Below the pieces are notes generated by a model. That model was not told where the DNA came from. It made no database searches and saw only the letters and a program-made list of their open reading frames with translations. A stretch of 63,395 bases of DNA, filler included, from Lenisia limosa (Eukaryota > Protista > Breviatea): the NCBI GenBank assembly GCA_001655205.1. It is 10 parts of 10 records of this genome, joined end to end, with 100 filler letters (N's around TTAATTAATTAA, not from the genome) between each part and the next. Parts side by side here need not be neighbours in the genome. Positions count along the whole stretch, not along the records: positions 1 to 18,883 come from LPNZ01011649.1; 9 more parts are not named here. One strand, given 5' to 3'. Both the position numbers and the translations under genes were made by a program. Positions 1 through 10,723 of this stretch are shown piece after piece. The first letter of the stretch is position 1. Each line of letters starts with the position of its first letter.

Positions 1-66
1 CCAACAGAGTTGATTTGGGCTCTTTTTGTTTCATAAATTTTCCAATTTTACTCCCCCCCCGCCCAG

Positions 67-145
67 ATCTGCGTCCTCGAGGCCCAAGGGGAGGTGGTGT
101 AAATGGGCCTCATGGTCTCAATAACATGGGGCTCGGATTCCATTA
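67..145 (+). CDS. Probable terminal exon of an unidentified gene entering from upstream of the window
   Basis: Follows the recurrent intron 3' cassette (...ttttactccccccccgcccag). All three frames stop by about 145. Frame not determinable. Confidence 0.35.
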
Positions 146-290
146 ACTCCAGACTGTAAATTACCTTTTGTTGTGTTTTTGCTTATTTTCGATTATCGTT
201 TGTTTCTTCCTATTTAATGCACGTCTTTGCTGATTCAATGGCGTGAACCTAGTTTCAAGAGAATGGAGTCCTTCTTTAAAGCAGTATAAT

Positions 291-474
291 TCAGAAAATT
301 GTCATGGATGCACGGATGTTGTTAGAAAATTGTTCTAAGACCCCTTCTTTGAAACGAATTACTTTTTTGCTAATAACTAACCGTTTCGTCAGTTTGAAAG
401 ACTCTAAGCTTTGACGTAAATCACGTTCAACATGCGCCATTCTTCGAGAAAATTGAACGAAAACCCGAGCTTTC
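291..474 (-). CDS. Probable terminal exon (KARVFVQFSRRMAHVERDLRQSLE...MTIF*), possibly the last exon of the ZNHIT2-like gene
   Basis: Open frame after a tttcag acceptor, ending in TGA. Linkage to the upstream exons is inferred only. Confidence 0.35.
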
Positions 475-1130
475 TGAAATACCACCCAACTTTAAATCCG
501 AGCTGACAAAGAACAACGTGAAATCAATCAGAAACAATAATACCAGAGAAAATAATATTAACATAAAACACACTATATCAAGAAAGGAGAAGCTTCTGGC
601 TCTGAAGTGATGAGCAATGAATAGGTCTGTGATAGGTCTATATTAATAGGTCTGTGACAAGTCTGTGAGAGAGTGATAGGTTGTGATAGGGGGAGGATCG
701 CATATAATAGACGAGCCCGCAAGCAAGAGAAATGAGAGAAAAAGAAAAAGGAACATAAATAAATATAAAAATGAGAAATAAAACAAGGTTGTGTCTGGCA
801 ATGAGCCCCTACTCTCAGTTTGCAGATTTTTTCGATATATTGCCCGAGTCTGTACCATGTCAACGNNNNNNNNNNNNNNNNNNNNNNNNNNNNNNNNNNN
901 NNNNNNNNNNNNNNNNNNNNNNNNNNNNNNNNNNNNNNNNNNNNNNNNNNNNNNNNNNNNNNNNNNCGAAGGAAATTTTGATGAAGAATATTGGTGTTAA
1001 GGATAAAGAAAAGACAAAGACACATATTAATACAATGGAAGGGAGGAGCTACATGGTCAATGGGCGTTGCGGTTCGGGCAGTATGTAATTAATCCTTGAT
1101 GAATTCTCAGTAAACTCCGGATGATACCTA

Positions 1131-1221
1131 GGGCTTCACTTCGGTCCGAAAAATACCAATAAAATATCGATAGATTTCGAAGATTTATCGAGAAATTCTC
1201 TTTTAAACCGAAGTGACGCCC
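1131..1221. mobile_element. MITE family A copy (about 90-95 bp hairpin element)
   Basis: TA|GGGCTTCACTTCGG...CCGAAGTGACGCCC|TA: terminal inverted repeats flanked by TA; intronic. Confidence 0.8.
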
Positions 1222-1805
1222 TAAGGATACCCCAGTAAATCCTTGACAAATCCCAGAAATATGTATTATTCAGTTATCCTCGAATATTTCCCATTCCCAC
1301 CAGGGACCCCCTCTAAAAGTATTCTTCATAAATCCTCTAAAAATCATCCATTCCCTCCATTCCCGACCTATCAAAGTGGTCAGCGCCGTGTTGCCACACC
1401 CGTAGAGGTTACCTTTGACGTATGACTGCAAAAACAGCAATTTGGCCTGAAATATTACGTGGAAAAAATTGAAACATTTCTAAAACAAAACAAAATAATC
1501 CAAACCCCGAGGTAAACAAAGCATCAAGCAACGAACCAGTAAGAGGTGGAGGAGGGGGGAGAGATAGAAGGATGATATGATATATTTATTCATGATTTTT
1601 TACGGTGACTTGTGAGTCAGAAGTATCAATACAGCTCAGAACGCAACATGAGAACAGCAATGTTTGTACGTTGATATGAGAAATAAAACAATGTTTTAGC
1701 TGGCTGGCTACACCACTATCAGAATGGATTATAGTATAGATTATATTATACATTTGGGTAAGTCGCTCAACAATATATATCCTACAGATTAAGACGGCTT
1801 CCACT

Positions 1806-4800
1806 CACCACATGTTTACTGTATTTCGATATCAGCTTCTTCGGATTACTCGACTGTCCCTGGTGCAACCCCTAAAACGTCAGACTTTAATAACTGCATC
1901 TTGTTTATCATTTTTAGAGCTTCACTTGTGGTTCAAAAAATGTCCAGAAAAATCCTTGAATATATCGGTTTTTTTATCCGTCTTTTTCGTAATGGAGTGT
2001 AACACCAACAATAACCCTATAACACTCCTGCGGACCTGAAGCTGCTGTCGTCCGATCCGACCGCCTGTTTGTGTGGATGGCTTCTTCGCCTGTTCGGTTA
2101 CTATTTGCTATTTTTCAGAAAACCAAGTTACAATAAAGGGAAATAATGAAATAAAGTTATTAAGAAACAGACCATTGAGAAGCCCAAGGTATAGCAAAGA
2201 GAAAGCCAACATTTAGTGGCGAGAGGGGAGTAGAGATGAGGAACTATTTGGTAGATGGTAGAAGTCAAGAGAGAGAGAGAGGTAGAGAGGGGTAAAATTG
2301 GAAAATAATATATGAAACGAAAAAGCTCTCCCCCCCCCCCAAACATTGACCGCAATTTCGATTTCTTCATCGTCATCTTGTGGTTCGGCTATGGGAGTTT
2401 CGGAGAACCGCACTGATGATCGCGGAGACGCTGTGACCTAGGGGGGGGGGGGGTAAAACCCAGATGTTATTTTTCCAACTTTACTCCCCCTTCCATAGAG
2501 ATAGGAAATGAAATCAGGCTATTAGTATACTATATATCAGATATGATATTAGTAGTAGCTATACTGTATCTCAACTCACTTTGAGGGTGCTGATGGCAGA
2601 TTTGAAAATACTTGACAAATCCGAAAGACATGACGCCACGTTTTCTTGTGAACCTGGAAATTAGGCATCATATGATATGAAAAAGCAAAAGACTAAAATA
2701 CATATACTATATCATATAGTATATCATATCATATTATGTAACAATTAGAAATAAAACAAAGTTGTATTGGCCGAAGCCGTCCACACCATCATGCTTATCA
2801 GAGATATTGAATTATAGTAATACTAATTCACCCAACCATTTGCCTTACAACTCTGTACACACAGACAGCTTTCTGCGTGCCTCGTAATAATCTTCATCAA
2901 GTCTTCCCAACGGTCCGAAAAATGGCAGTAAAATATCTTTTTAACAAGTTTTTTTGCAAAACAAATATTTTTTCACCCAGCCGCCCTTAATGTACCTCCA
3001 CAGCCTTGCCCACTTAATATGGATGAAATGTCATCGTAAAGCGCAAGGGAAAAGTCGGCAGGAAAGCCTAGCTGAGATGTTTGAAGCAGGTCCAATGTGC
3101 AACTGAGAAGCTCGGATGCATTTGTGCCTATAATCGTCAGGGCAAAATACTGCTGCAAGTAATGACGAGTAATAAATAGTAAATCAATTAGGACTTTGTG
3201 TACTTTTTTGATGAAAATAATTGTTAAGAGATTAATATATATTAGAAACACGACCATCCGAGCACTCTCACTTGCCACAGCCTTATGCTACACCCCATCA
3301 TCACAATTAAAACACGATAAGTTTCGAAGATTTATCGAGAAATTCAGTCTTTTTTTGAACCGAAGTGAAGACCCACACTACCACCACCTTATAAGTACTC
3401 CGTCACCACCATCACCATTTCCCCCACGGGTATAAGGCGACTTCGGGGCAATAAGTTCCAAAAGGTCCGAGGCTAAATCGGCTGCAAAGGACACGTCACT
3501 GCTCCAGTCACTGTTCATCCGCCGCACAACTGCCGTATATGCCCAAAGGACGTAAAACAGGTCGAACGGCAAGAGCGGCGATGGTGCCCTGTGTTGTAAA
3601 AAAAGACTGAATTTCTCGATAAATCCTCAACAAATATCGATGTTTGACCGGTCTTTTTCGGACCGGAAGCCCTGCCCAAAATACACAGACATATCTTTGA
3701 ATGAAATAATAACAGTACTATCAGGTCACAGCATACACATAATACGTACATAAATAAATAAATAGATATCATATATATACATAATATATATATCATATAG
3801 CTATATAGCTATATAAATACATATCTTGGAATACAAATAATAAAAACAGACCCCTAATTAAGGCTTCACTTCGGTTCGGGAGTATAGTTTTCAAGGTTTT
3901 ATCGAGACCTTCAGTCTTTTTTCGAACCGAAGTGAAGCACTACCCAGCATACACAGACATATCTTGGAATGGTGGTGATGGCATCACAGGCGGCACAGGG
4001 CCCTTAATACCGTTGTCCGTCATCTACGAGGGTTAAGAGGATGTTTTATTGTGAATGTTGAAATGGAATGTAATACCATTGGTGGGTTAGGAATCATGAA
4101 TTATTTTGAATGGAAGTAGAGTATGCTTTGAATGCTTGAATATGCTGTAATTCCGCAATGTCTGTCTCTCATCTGTGAGTGTTTATAAGTCGAGCTTATA
4201 TTGATGTTTGAGATACCCCCCCCCACACACACACACACGTCCCCACTCCNNNNNNNNNNNNNNNNNNNNNNNNNNNNNNNNNNNNNNNNNNNNNNNNNNN
4301 NNNNNNNNNNNNNNNNNNNNNNNNCGGTTCCTCCTGAGCAACCAAAGCGTCTGGATTAGATGCGATGGTCTTGTGGAAGGACTTTAGCAATTCCTGCAGA
4401 GTGAAATGGGGAGATAAAAAAAGCGATGGGAAACAAAACAGTGCTTCACTTTATATTTATCGAGGATTTCTTGAGGATTTATCAAGACATTCCTTTTTTT
4501 TTGGACTAAAGCGACGCTCTAGTAATGTTCCTCCAGAAATGCTTACAGGTGGGAGAAGTGACTCGTCAATTACCCCGTCCTCAAACCCCTCGGCAATCTT
4601 ACGGAGAACTGGAAAGTAAAACATAGCCATCAGTCTGATGAAAAACTGAAGAAACTAGAACTAGGGCTTCGTGCAATTAAATGAAAAAATAATTGCAAAA
4701 TTTGAAGTGCAACATATTGTGACATAAATTCAATTTGAGATACTTAAATTTCAAATTTTGTTTATTTTCTTCAAAAATATTAATTGCACAGAGTTCTAAC

Positions 4801-6593
4801 TAGAACCCTCGAAATGCATATCAAAAATTGAAATGATAAATTGAATGAGAAACGAAAGATCAATATGATCTACAGTCATTTGAATCGATTCTTCATTTCG
4901 ATGACACCCACATCTCCCCCTCCTGACACCCCAGGGTATGCCCACATCCTCCCCCTCCATCCCTAACTAGGACTTCACTTCGGCACCAAAAAGACCTGTA
5001 AAATATCGATTTTTTTCGAAGATTTATCGAGAAATTCGGGCTTTTTTTGAACCGAAGTGAAACCCCATCCCCTCCCTGTAGACCCACGCTCATAATTATG
5101 AGCATCAAGCTCGTTTTCCTCCAGTCCGGTATCGGCATCTTGGAGCATTTCCGACTGCATTAAGTCCTGGAAAAGTCAGCAAAAAAGCGAGGGATTGCAA
5201 CCAGGGCTTCCAGCAGTCCCAAAAAAAAGGCCGAATTGTTCTAAAAACTCGATCCTCAGTCTTTTTCGGACCATAGGAAAGCCCTTAGCAAAAAAAATGT
5301 TTATTTTGATGATAAAAAGACCATTTTCTTGCCCTAAACTAACCCACCCTTACCGCATGGGAAAGCCCGAGGCTCCCAAGCTTCGCCTCAAGATCATCAA
5401 GATCGACCTCATTGGACTCCTTCTCGTGCATGCGCTTCAGGAAGCCCAAGAGACGCTTCTTGTCTTCGGAGCTGGCTTTTTGCCCCTGAGGAATGAGGAA
5501 GAGTAATGAGCATTATACCTGAGGAATGAGAGGGTGGTAAGAAGGGAGGAATAGATGGGGCATTTATCTGGTAACAAGAAACTCTTTAAATCATATCTAC
5601 GGATTCAAAATATAGATTGGTTAATAAAACAACAGTAACCTATACCTGAGGTATGAAGGGAGGAATTGCTTTCTGAGATTTTGACATTTAATTCAATCTA
5701 GGGATATAATAAAATATACAGATGAGAGAAGAAAAAAACACCATACTATGTGTAGTATACTTTTAATACACCCCATCATTTGCCTTACAACTGTGCTCAC
5801 AGCTTTCTGTTTGCCTCCCCAGCATACAAATATATATTCACATGATACAGAGATAAGAAATAAAACAAGGTTGTATTTGGCCGAAGCCGTCATATAGACA
5901 CCAGAAAAGAAAGAAAAACAGTACTTCCATCCCCCCTCGAACACATGATGAAGAGTATTGGAGTATATATGATGTGCTAATCCTGATACAAATATTTTGA
6001 AACTCCAAACATAGCACAAAGTAAAACAAAGAAAGAAATAAACAAACAAACAAACAACAGAATAAGATGGTACTCACCCCAGCAAGAAAACAAGCTGTAA
6101 AAAATGTCCGCAAATGCACTTACACACAAAAAAACCCAACCCGCTCAGTACACATAGAAATTAATACCTGATTCAATCAGAATTTTTTGGGAAAGGGTCC
6201 AACCCACACACACACCTTGCTAACCGAAAGGAAAACAATGCCAACGCCCCCTCCAAACCGACCTTAACATGGCTCTTGATTTGGTCCTTATAGAAGTCCT
6301 CAGTGCACCTCTGTCCATGGGTCTTGATCGTCAGCTTCATGGTTCCAAAACAGAAGAAAGGGAGTGCGAAACTCTGCGCAGCTTACCTGGTAGCAAGCTA
6401 ATGAACACGAAGACAGTCCACATTTAGGGCAAGTGTACTTGGAGATCTCAGATTGACAGCTGGGAACATGACTTTGAAAACCCTAGGCTTACATGCTGCA
6501 GGCTTTCTTCGTTTTCTCGATTATAAGAGGAGATTTATCCTGATCCGGAGGAGCATCTGCAATAAACCGGTCTGCCACTGAAGAAACAGACAT
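1806..6593 (-). CDS. ZNHIT2: Zinc finger HIT domain protein, ZNHIT2-type (multi-exon; 3' end uncertain)
   Basis: Spliced exons from ATG 6593 give ...KACSICQSEISKYTCPKCGLSSCSLACYQTHGQRCTEDFYKDQIKSHVK, a zf-HIT domain plus the ZNHIT2-like C-x-E-x-FY-x-DQ extension. Later exons: GQKASSEDKKRLLGFLKRMHEK (5356-5487), APSPLLPFDLFYVLWAYTAVVRRMNSDW (3430-3590), ENVASCLSDLSSIFK (2581-2654). Junctions are GT-AG, including a 33-nt intron at 6460-6492. Confidence 0.85.
2742..2883 (-). repeat. Dispersed repeat family B (about 140 bp), near full-length copy
   Basis: Reverse complement aligns by eye with 10599-10723 and 62954-63100 (gaggcacgcagaaagctgt...gtaaggcaaatg.ttgggtgaatta...tgatggtgtggacggcttcggcca.atacaac.ttgttttatttct). 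Confidence 0.8.
3861..3940. mobile_element. MITE family A copy (internally deleted)
   Basis: TA|AGGCTTCACTTCGGTTCG...CGAACCGAAGTGAAGCAC|TA. Confidence 0.7.
4970..5065. mobile_element. MITE family A copy
   Basis: TA|GGACTTCACTTCGG...CCGAAGTGAAACCC, inside a ZNHIT2 intron. Confidence 0.75.
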
Positions 6594-7301
6594 TGTTTGA
6601 AGGTTGTGGTCACCTTTCGACAGTTTTCCTTGGAAATAATAGTAGTACTTAGTGCCTGTTAACTCGAAGACTGGTTACAAACTGTTTTGATGGGGGGGGG
6701 GGGGGGNNNNNNNNNNNNNNNNNNNNNNNNNNNNNNNNNNNNNNNNNNNNNNNNNNNNNNNNNNNNNNNNNNNNNNNNNNNNNNNNNNNNNNNNNNNNNN
6801 NNNNNNNCATCGGTTTTAATTCATCTTCATTATGTGAAGCAAACGAACAAATGTGTAACAAACGATTATGGTTGTTGCCCATTGGTTTCCCATGTTTCCC
6901 AAAACTACGGAACCAAAATGAAATTCCCACATTTTACAAGATTGGGTAAAACTGAAACCCAAATAAAAAATCAAACAACAAAACAATCTGAAAGTAGCAA
7001 GGAGGTAATCAGTCTTGTCCTAGGCTGCAGGGCATTTTTGTTTTAGGAATGAATAGGTGGGGGGGGGGCAACTTCAGCGGAAAGTGAGCGGGAATTCCCC
7101 ACCCCATCCGATCAAGGCCAATATAAGAGGATAATAAAAAGAAACCGAAGGGTGGAGATAAGCAAGAGATAAGAAAGAAAGTGAGAAGAGAAAAGACACT
7201 GAATCAGAGCTGACGGGGGTGGCAGTTGCGGGTCATCATTTGAAAGTCTGAACAAGTCAATCAACAATAAAATTGAATTGAAAAGAAAAATGGTAAAAGT
7301 G

Positions 7302-7406
7302 ATTGTCAGAATGGTGGATGAAGAGTCAGCTTTCCAAAAGGTGCACCAAGTGGGTTTACTTGATCAAAGCCTCCTGGTCAGACAGCATCCAAAGTTAATC
7401 ATTCAA
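7302..7406 (-). ncRNA. Candidate box C/D snoRNA (type Z)
   Basis: ATGATTA (box C variant, 7396-7402), 14-nt guide, CTGA (D'), then CTGA (D, 7306-7309). Box D is 58 nt from the acceptor, matching the neighbouring snoRNAs. Confidence 0.45.
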
Positions 7407-7645
7407 TTCAACGTTTCGAGATTCTTTTCGGTTCAGAAAGCCGTGTCTATTCTCGAGAATTATCGAAAATTCCTTAGCTTTTCTGAACCGAAATGAAACA
7501 TTTTTTCATAATACCCACAGAAAAAGGGCTTACTTGAGATTTGCTTGAGATTGAGGAGCCAAGGGAAGTGAGCGCTTATGACCGAAGCAAACTCCTAAGG
7601 TGGTGAGAAAAAATAGAGAGTCAAGGCTAGGGTATGCGAAAGAAA

Positions 7646-7735
7646 GGTCTCAGGTTTAAATGACGTGAAGTTTCTCAGCACAACTGCGAACAGTTTCAGA
7701 TCGGTGCTTGAATATTGTTTCATCACAGATTGCAA
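7646..7735 (-). ncRNA. Box C/D snoRNA type X, copy 1
   Basis: Minus strand: C GTGATGA - guide AACAATATTCAAGCACCGAT - D' CTGA - hairpin AACTG-TTCG-CAGTT - C' GTGCTGA - guide GAAACTTCACGTCATTTAAAC - D CTGA; intronic. Confidence 0.85.
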
Positions 7736-7872
7736 ACAAAAGAAAAAAAACTGCCAATAACGCTTACCTGACAGGATGAGTGACTTTTCACTTGAAAGAG
7801 TGCCTTGCTTGCGTGTGTTAATTCTGAGAGATTAGATAAGAGAAACTTGTGAAAGTTGGAGAAATGAAAAGA

Positions 7873-7938
7873 GATATCAGATCTTCTTAGAGGTTGATTG
7901 CGTCATGGGCATCCACATTCACTTTTATCATCATTTAC
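7873..7938 (-). ncRNA. SNORD61: Box C/D snoRNA, U61/SNORD61-like, copy 1
   Basis: C ATGATGA (7928-7934) and D CTGA (7877-7880). D guide CCTCTAAGAAG is complementary to the conserved SSU rRNA segment CUUCUUAGAGG, the U61 target as I recall it (human 18S Um1442). Confidence 0.8.
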
Positions 7939-8072
7939 AACAAAGATCGCTGATTAATTATATACAAACCTGGTGCTCGCTTGATTAATGCGCTTCAATG
8001 ATGAATCTTCGTAGAGCATCCCTAAAGATATCAAAGGAAGAAAAAGACCATTGACATATCGAATAAAAGAAT

Positions 8073-8162
8073 GGTCTCAGGTTTAAATGACGTGAAGTTT
8101 CTCAGCACAACTGCGAACAGTTTCAGATCGGTGCTTGAATATTGTTTCATCACAGATTGCAA
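8073..8162 (-). ncRNA. Box C/D snoRNA type X, copy 2
   Basis: Identical 90-mer to copy 1, in a separate intron. Confidence 0.85.
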
Positions 8163-8297
8163 TCATGGATAAAACTAATAATACTAACCTGTCAAGAAAG
8201 AAGCAGCTGTGAGTTCATTCTGGGCGTTTCATTGGCAAACACATTCCTAAATATGTTAAAGTAAGAAGAAGATTGTTGACACATCAAATATAAGAAT

Positions 8298-8387
8298 GGT
8301 CTCAGGTTTAAATGACGTGAAGTTTCTCAGCACAACTGCGAACAGTTTCAGATCGGTGCTTGAATATTGTTTCATCACAGATTGCAA
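8298..8387 (-). ncRNA. Box C/D snoRNA type X, copy 3
   Basis: Identical 90-mer to copy 1, in a separate intron. Confidence 0.85.
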
Positions 8388-8524
8388 ACAAAAGAAAAAA
8401 AACTGCCAATAATGCTTACCTGACAGGATGAGTGACTTTTCATTTGAAAGAGTGTCTTGCTTGCGTGTGTTAATTCTGAGAGATTAGATAAGAGAAACTT
8501 GTGAAAGCTGGAGAAATGAAAAGA

Positions 8525-8590
8525 GATATCAGATCTTCTTAGAGGTTGATTGCGTCATGGGCATCCACATTCACTTTTATCATCATTTAC
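8525..8590 (-). ncRNA. SNORD61: Box C/D snoRNA, U61/SNORD61-like, copy 2
   Basis: Identical to 7873-7938, offset by 652 bp. Confidence 0.8.
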
Positions 8591-8724
8591 AACAAAGATC
8601 GCTGATTAATTATATACAAACCTGGTGCTCGCTTGATTAATGCGCTTCAATGATGAATCTTCGTAGAGCATCCCTAAAGATATCAAAGGAAGAAAAAGAC
8701 CATTGACATATCGAATAAAAGAAT

Positions 8725-8814
8725 GGTCTCAGGTTTAAATGACGTGAAGTTTCTCAGCACAACTGCGAACAGTTTCAGATCGGTGCTTGAATATTGTTTC
8801 ATCACAGATTGCAA
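8725..8814 (-). ncRNA. Box C/D snoRNA type X, copy 4
   Basis: Identical 90-mer to copy 1, in a separate intron. Confidence 0.85.
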
Positions 8815-9329
8815 ACAAAAAAAACTGACATTGTCCCTTACCTCTTGCCACAATCTTGGTTGTTGACTTGAAGGAGTGGGTGCAAATTGTGGTACCCTTC
8901 CGAATCTAAAGTAATGAGACAAAAGAAAAAAAATGTTTTGGGGCCATAAAAGAAAGTCAAAGATAATGTCAAGAGAAGTACGTGGAACGAAAGAAGCAGA
9001 CAAGCTACCACAAAAGAAAACAGTTGCTCAACCGCACGAGACCAAAAATGAGAAACACGCCAATTTATGTTGTAATTGTAAATAAATGTCATAAAAGCAC
9101 AAAGGGAATGGAAAGAAGAGCATTTGGGTTCATAAAAAAACTCCACTTCTAAAAATGTGTTAAAATAAGTTGCTGAGGGTTAAAATATGATTAAAAAATA
9201 AAAAAAAGTCCCCTGAAAATCAATAACTAACCATAGAAAAGGGGAAGCCTTCTTTTTTAATTGTGGCGCGTGGTGACTGTCACAAATTCAATGTCACTTC
9301 TTCGCATTTCCTTCGTTCAGAAAAAAAGA

Positions 9330-9760
9330 CTCAGTTTTTTCAAAAAACCAGCATAAAAGGAAATGGCAACTGTCCGTTTGACACCTTCCTTCAATGGCTC
9401 GGCGGGGCATTCATCCTTGTCGCCAAACTCTTTATTCTGCTTCCTCTCTCCCTCCTCTTTCTATCGTCACTAATTCTTATATTATTATTATGTATATTGA
9501 TAAAAAATAAACAGGGGAAAAGTATAGATTTTATGCAATCATGACTATATCCGCTCTTCTCTTTCTGTTTCTGTGCCTAAGTCTGAGCCTTTCAAGTTTT
9601 GCACAAACTTTGCAGTAGGATCAACCTCCTTTGTTTTTACGCTCTTTCCCTTGTTGCTAATGATTTAGCTTGACACCTGAGGGGGCACAGGTCCATTTAT
9701 CGCCACCAACAGCGGTTGATAATGCCTCACCGTTCGGAAGTAGGAACTCATACCTAGGAG
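9330..9760 (-). CDS. Unidentified small multi-exon gene (charged exons DDRKRRERKQNKEFGDKDECPAEP..., KSVKTKEVDPTAKFVQNLKG...)
   Basis: Open frames with plausible splice sites; phases could not be reconciled. Confidence 0.25.
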
Positions 9761-10598
9761 GAGTATATACATGTATATAAATTCCTCCTAGCTCATACCA
9801 TATCTTGGATATTCGCCTGAGATTATTTTTAATAAGATTGGGCGATTACTAAATTAAAACTTCGTGTAACGTTGTATCCTTTTGTTGATTGTTGTGAGTT
9901 AATTCCTGATGCTCACAACTTGTTGTCATACCGTCACTATTGGATGAATTAGTACTATAATTTAGTATCTCTCATAAGCGTGATAAGTATGATTGTGTAG
10001 ACGGCTAGATACATTTTTTCCTCAATCACAAATAGTTGAACTGCCGGTTCTTTATTACCATAGTTTCAATTGAGACTTTACTGCAAAAAAACTTTGGCTT
10101 CGCTACGCTCCAAAAAAGACCATCAAAATATCGATATTTCTCAAGGATATTTCAAGAATTTTATTCTTTTTAGCTTTTTAGGGAACGTAGAAAAACCCAC
10201 TTTTTTTGAACAATAAATACTATATTATATGATATAAGTTAGAAAGGTGTGAAAAATCACACATTCACCATATCCTTTCACGCTGCACGTTCCCCCTTTA
10301 TCTAGTCCCAATCACAGCTCCAATTTAATTGACATTAGTGACGTTATGCCTCTTGGGACCCTCTCCCCCTCCAGGTGTCAAAATCGTTTTATCAGGTTGG
10401 TAAATGGCATTTGGAGATGTACGAAAACTGCTCTCTATTTGGAGGGGGGTGGTGGGAGGATACTATATACTATTACTATATGATATGCTAATAGTATCAT
10501 ATATTATATCATATCATATCAAATGTTACGTAAGAATATATTACCTAATTTTCAATATTATGCATCACCAGTGTTATGTTGGGACAATGATTTAATTT

Positions 10599-10723
10599 CA
10601 CAGAAAGCTGTGTGTACAGATTTGTAAGGCATATATTGGGTGAATTAATATTATACTATAATCCAATAAGCGTGATGGTGTGGATGGCCTCAGCCAGATA
10701 CAAACTTTTATATTTCTCATTGC
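10599..10723 (+). repeat. Dispersed repeat family B copy
   Basis: Aligns with 62954-63100. Confidence 0.75.

Larger units (their letters stand above)
7646..8814. repeat. Direct duplication of a 517-bp block (7646-8162 and 8298-8814)
   Basis: Constant 652-bp offset; about 4 substitutions seen by eye, all outside the snoRNA cores. Confidence 0.9.
7000..8905 (-). ncRNA. Putative non-coding snoRNA host transcript (8 or more short exons; ends approximate)
   Basis: GT-AG-bounded exons at 8842-8905, 8622-8673, 8420-8475, 8189-8246, 7970-8021, 7768-7823, 7534-7594 and a last exon starting at 7247. The only frame open through exons 1-3 stops in exon 4 and resembles no protein I recognise. Each intervening intron holds one C/D-box RNA or candidate. 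Confidence 0.65.

Noticed and set aside
618-690. Short degenerate tandem repeats (gtctgtga units here; also 15040-15120, 29200-29270, 60336-60400)
   Set aside because: Single-locus intronic slippage repeats with no sign of function.
7200-7242. ATGATGA...CTGA pair on the minus strand as another snoRNA
   Set aside because: Only about 36 nt end to end, and it lies in the inferred last exon rather than an intron.
7676-7700. U14 snoRNA identity for type X (TTCGCAGTT resembles U14 domain A)
   Set aside because: The match is only 9 nt and forms the UUCG hairpin between D' and C'; the U14 domain B guide (TTCCTTGGATGT) is absent.
7646-8814. CRISPR array
   Set aside because: Repeats are 90 nt, spacers are 135-337 nt and two are near-identical, there are no cas-like ORFs, and the context is spliceosomal introns. 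C/D box architecture explains it.
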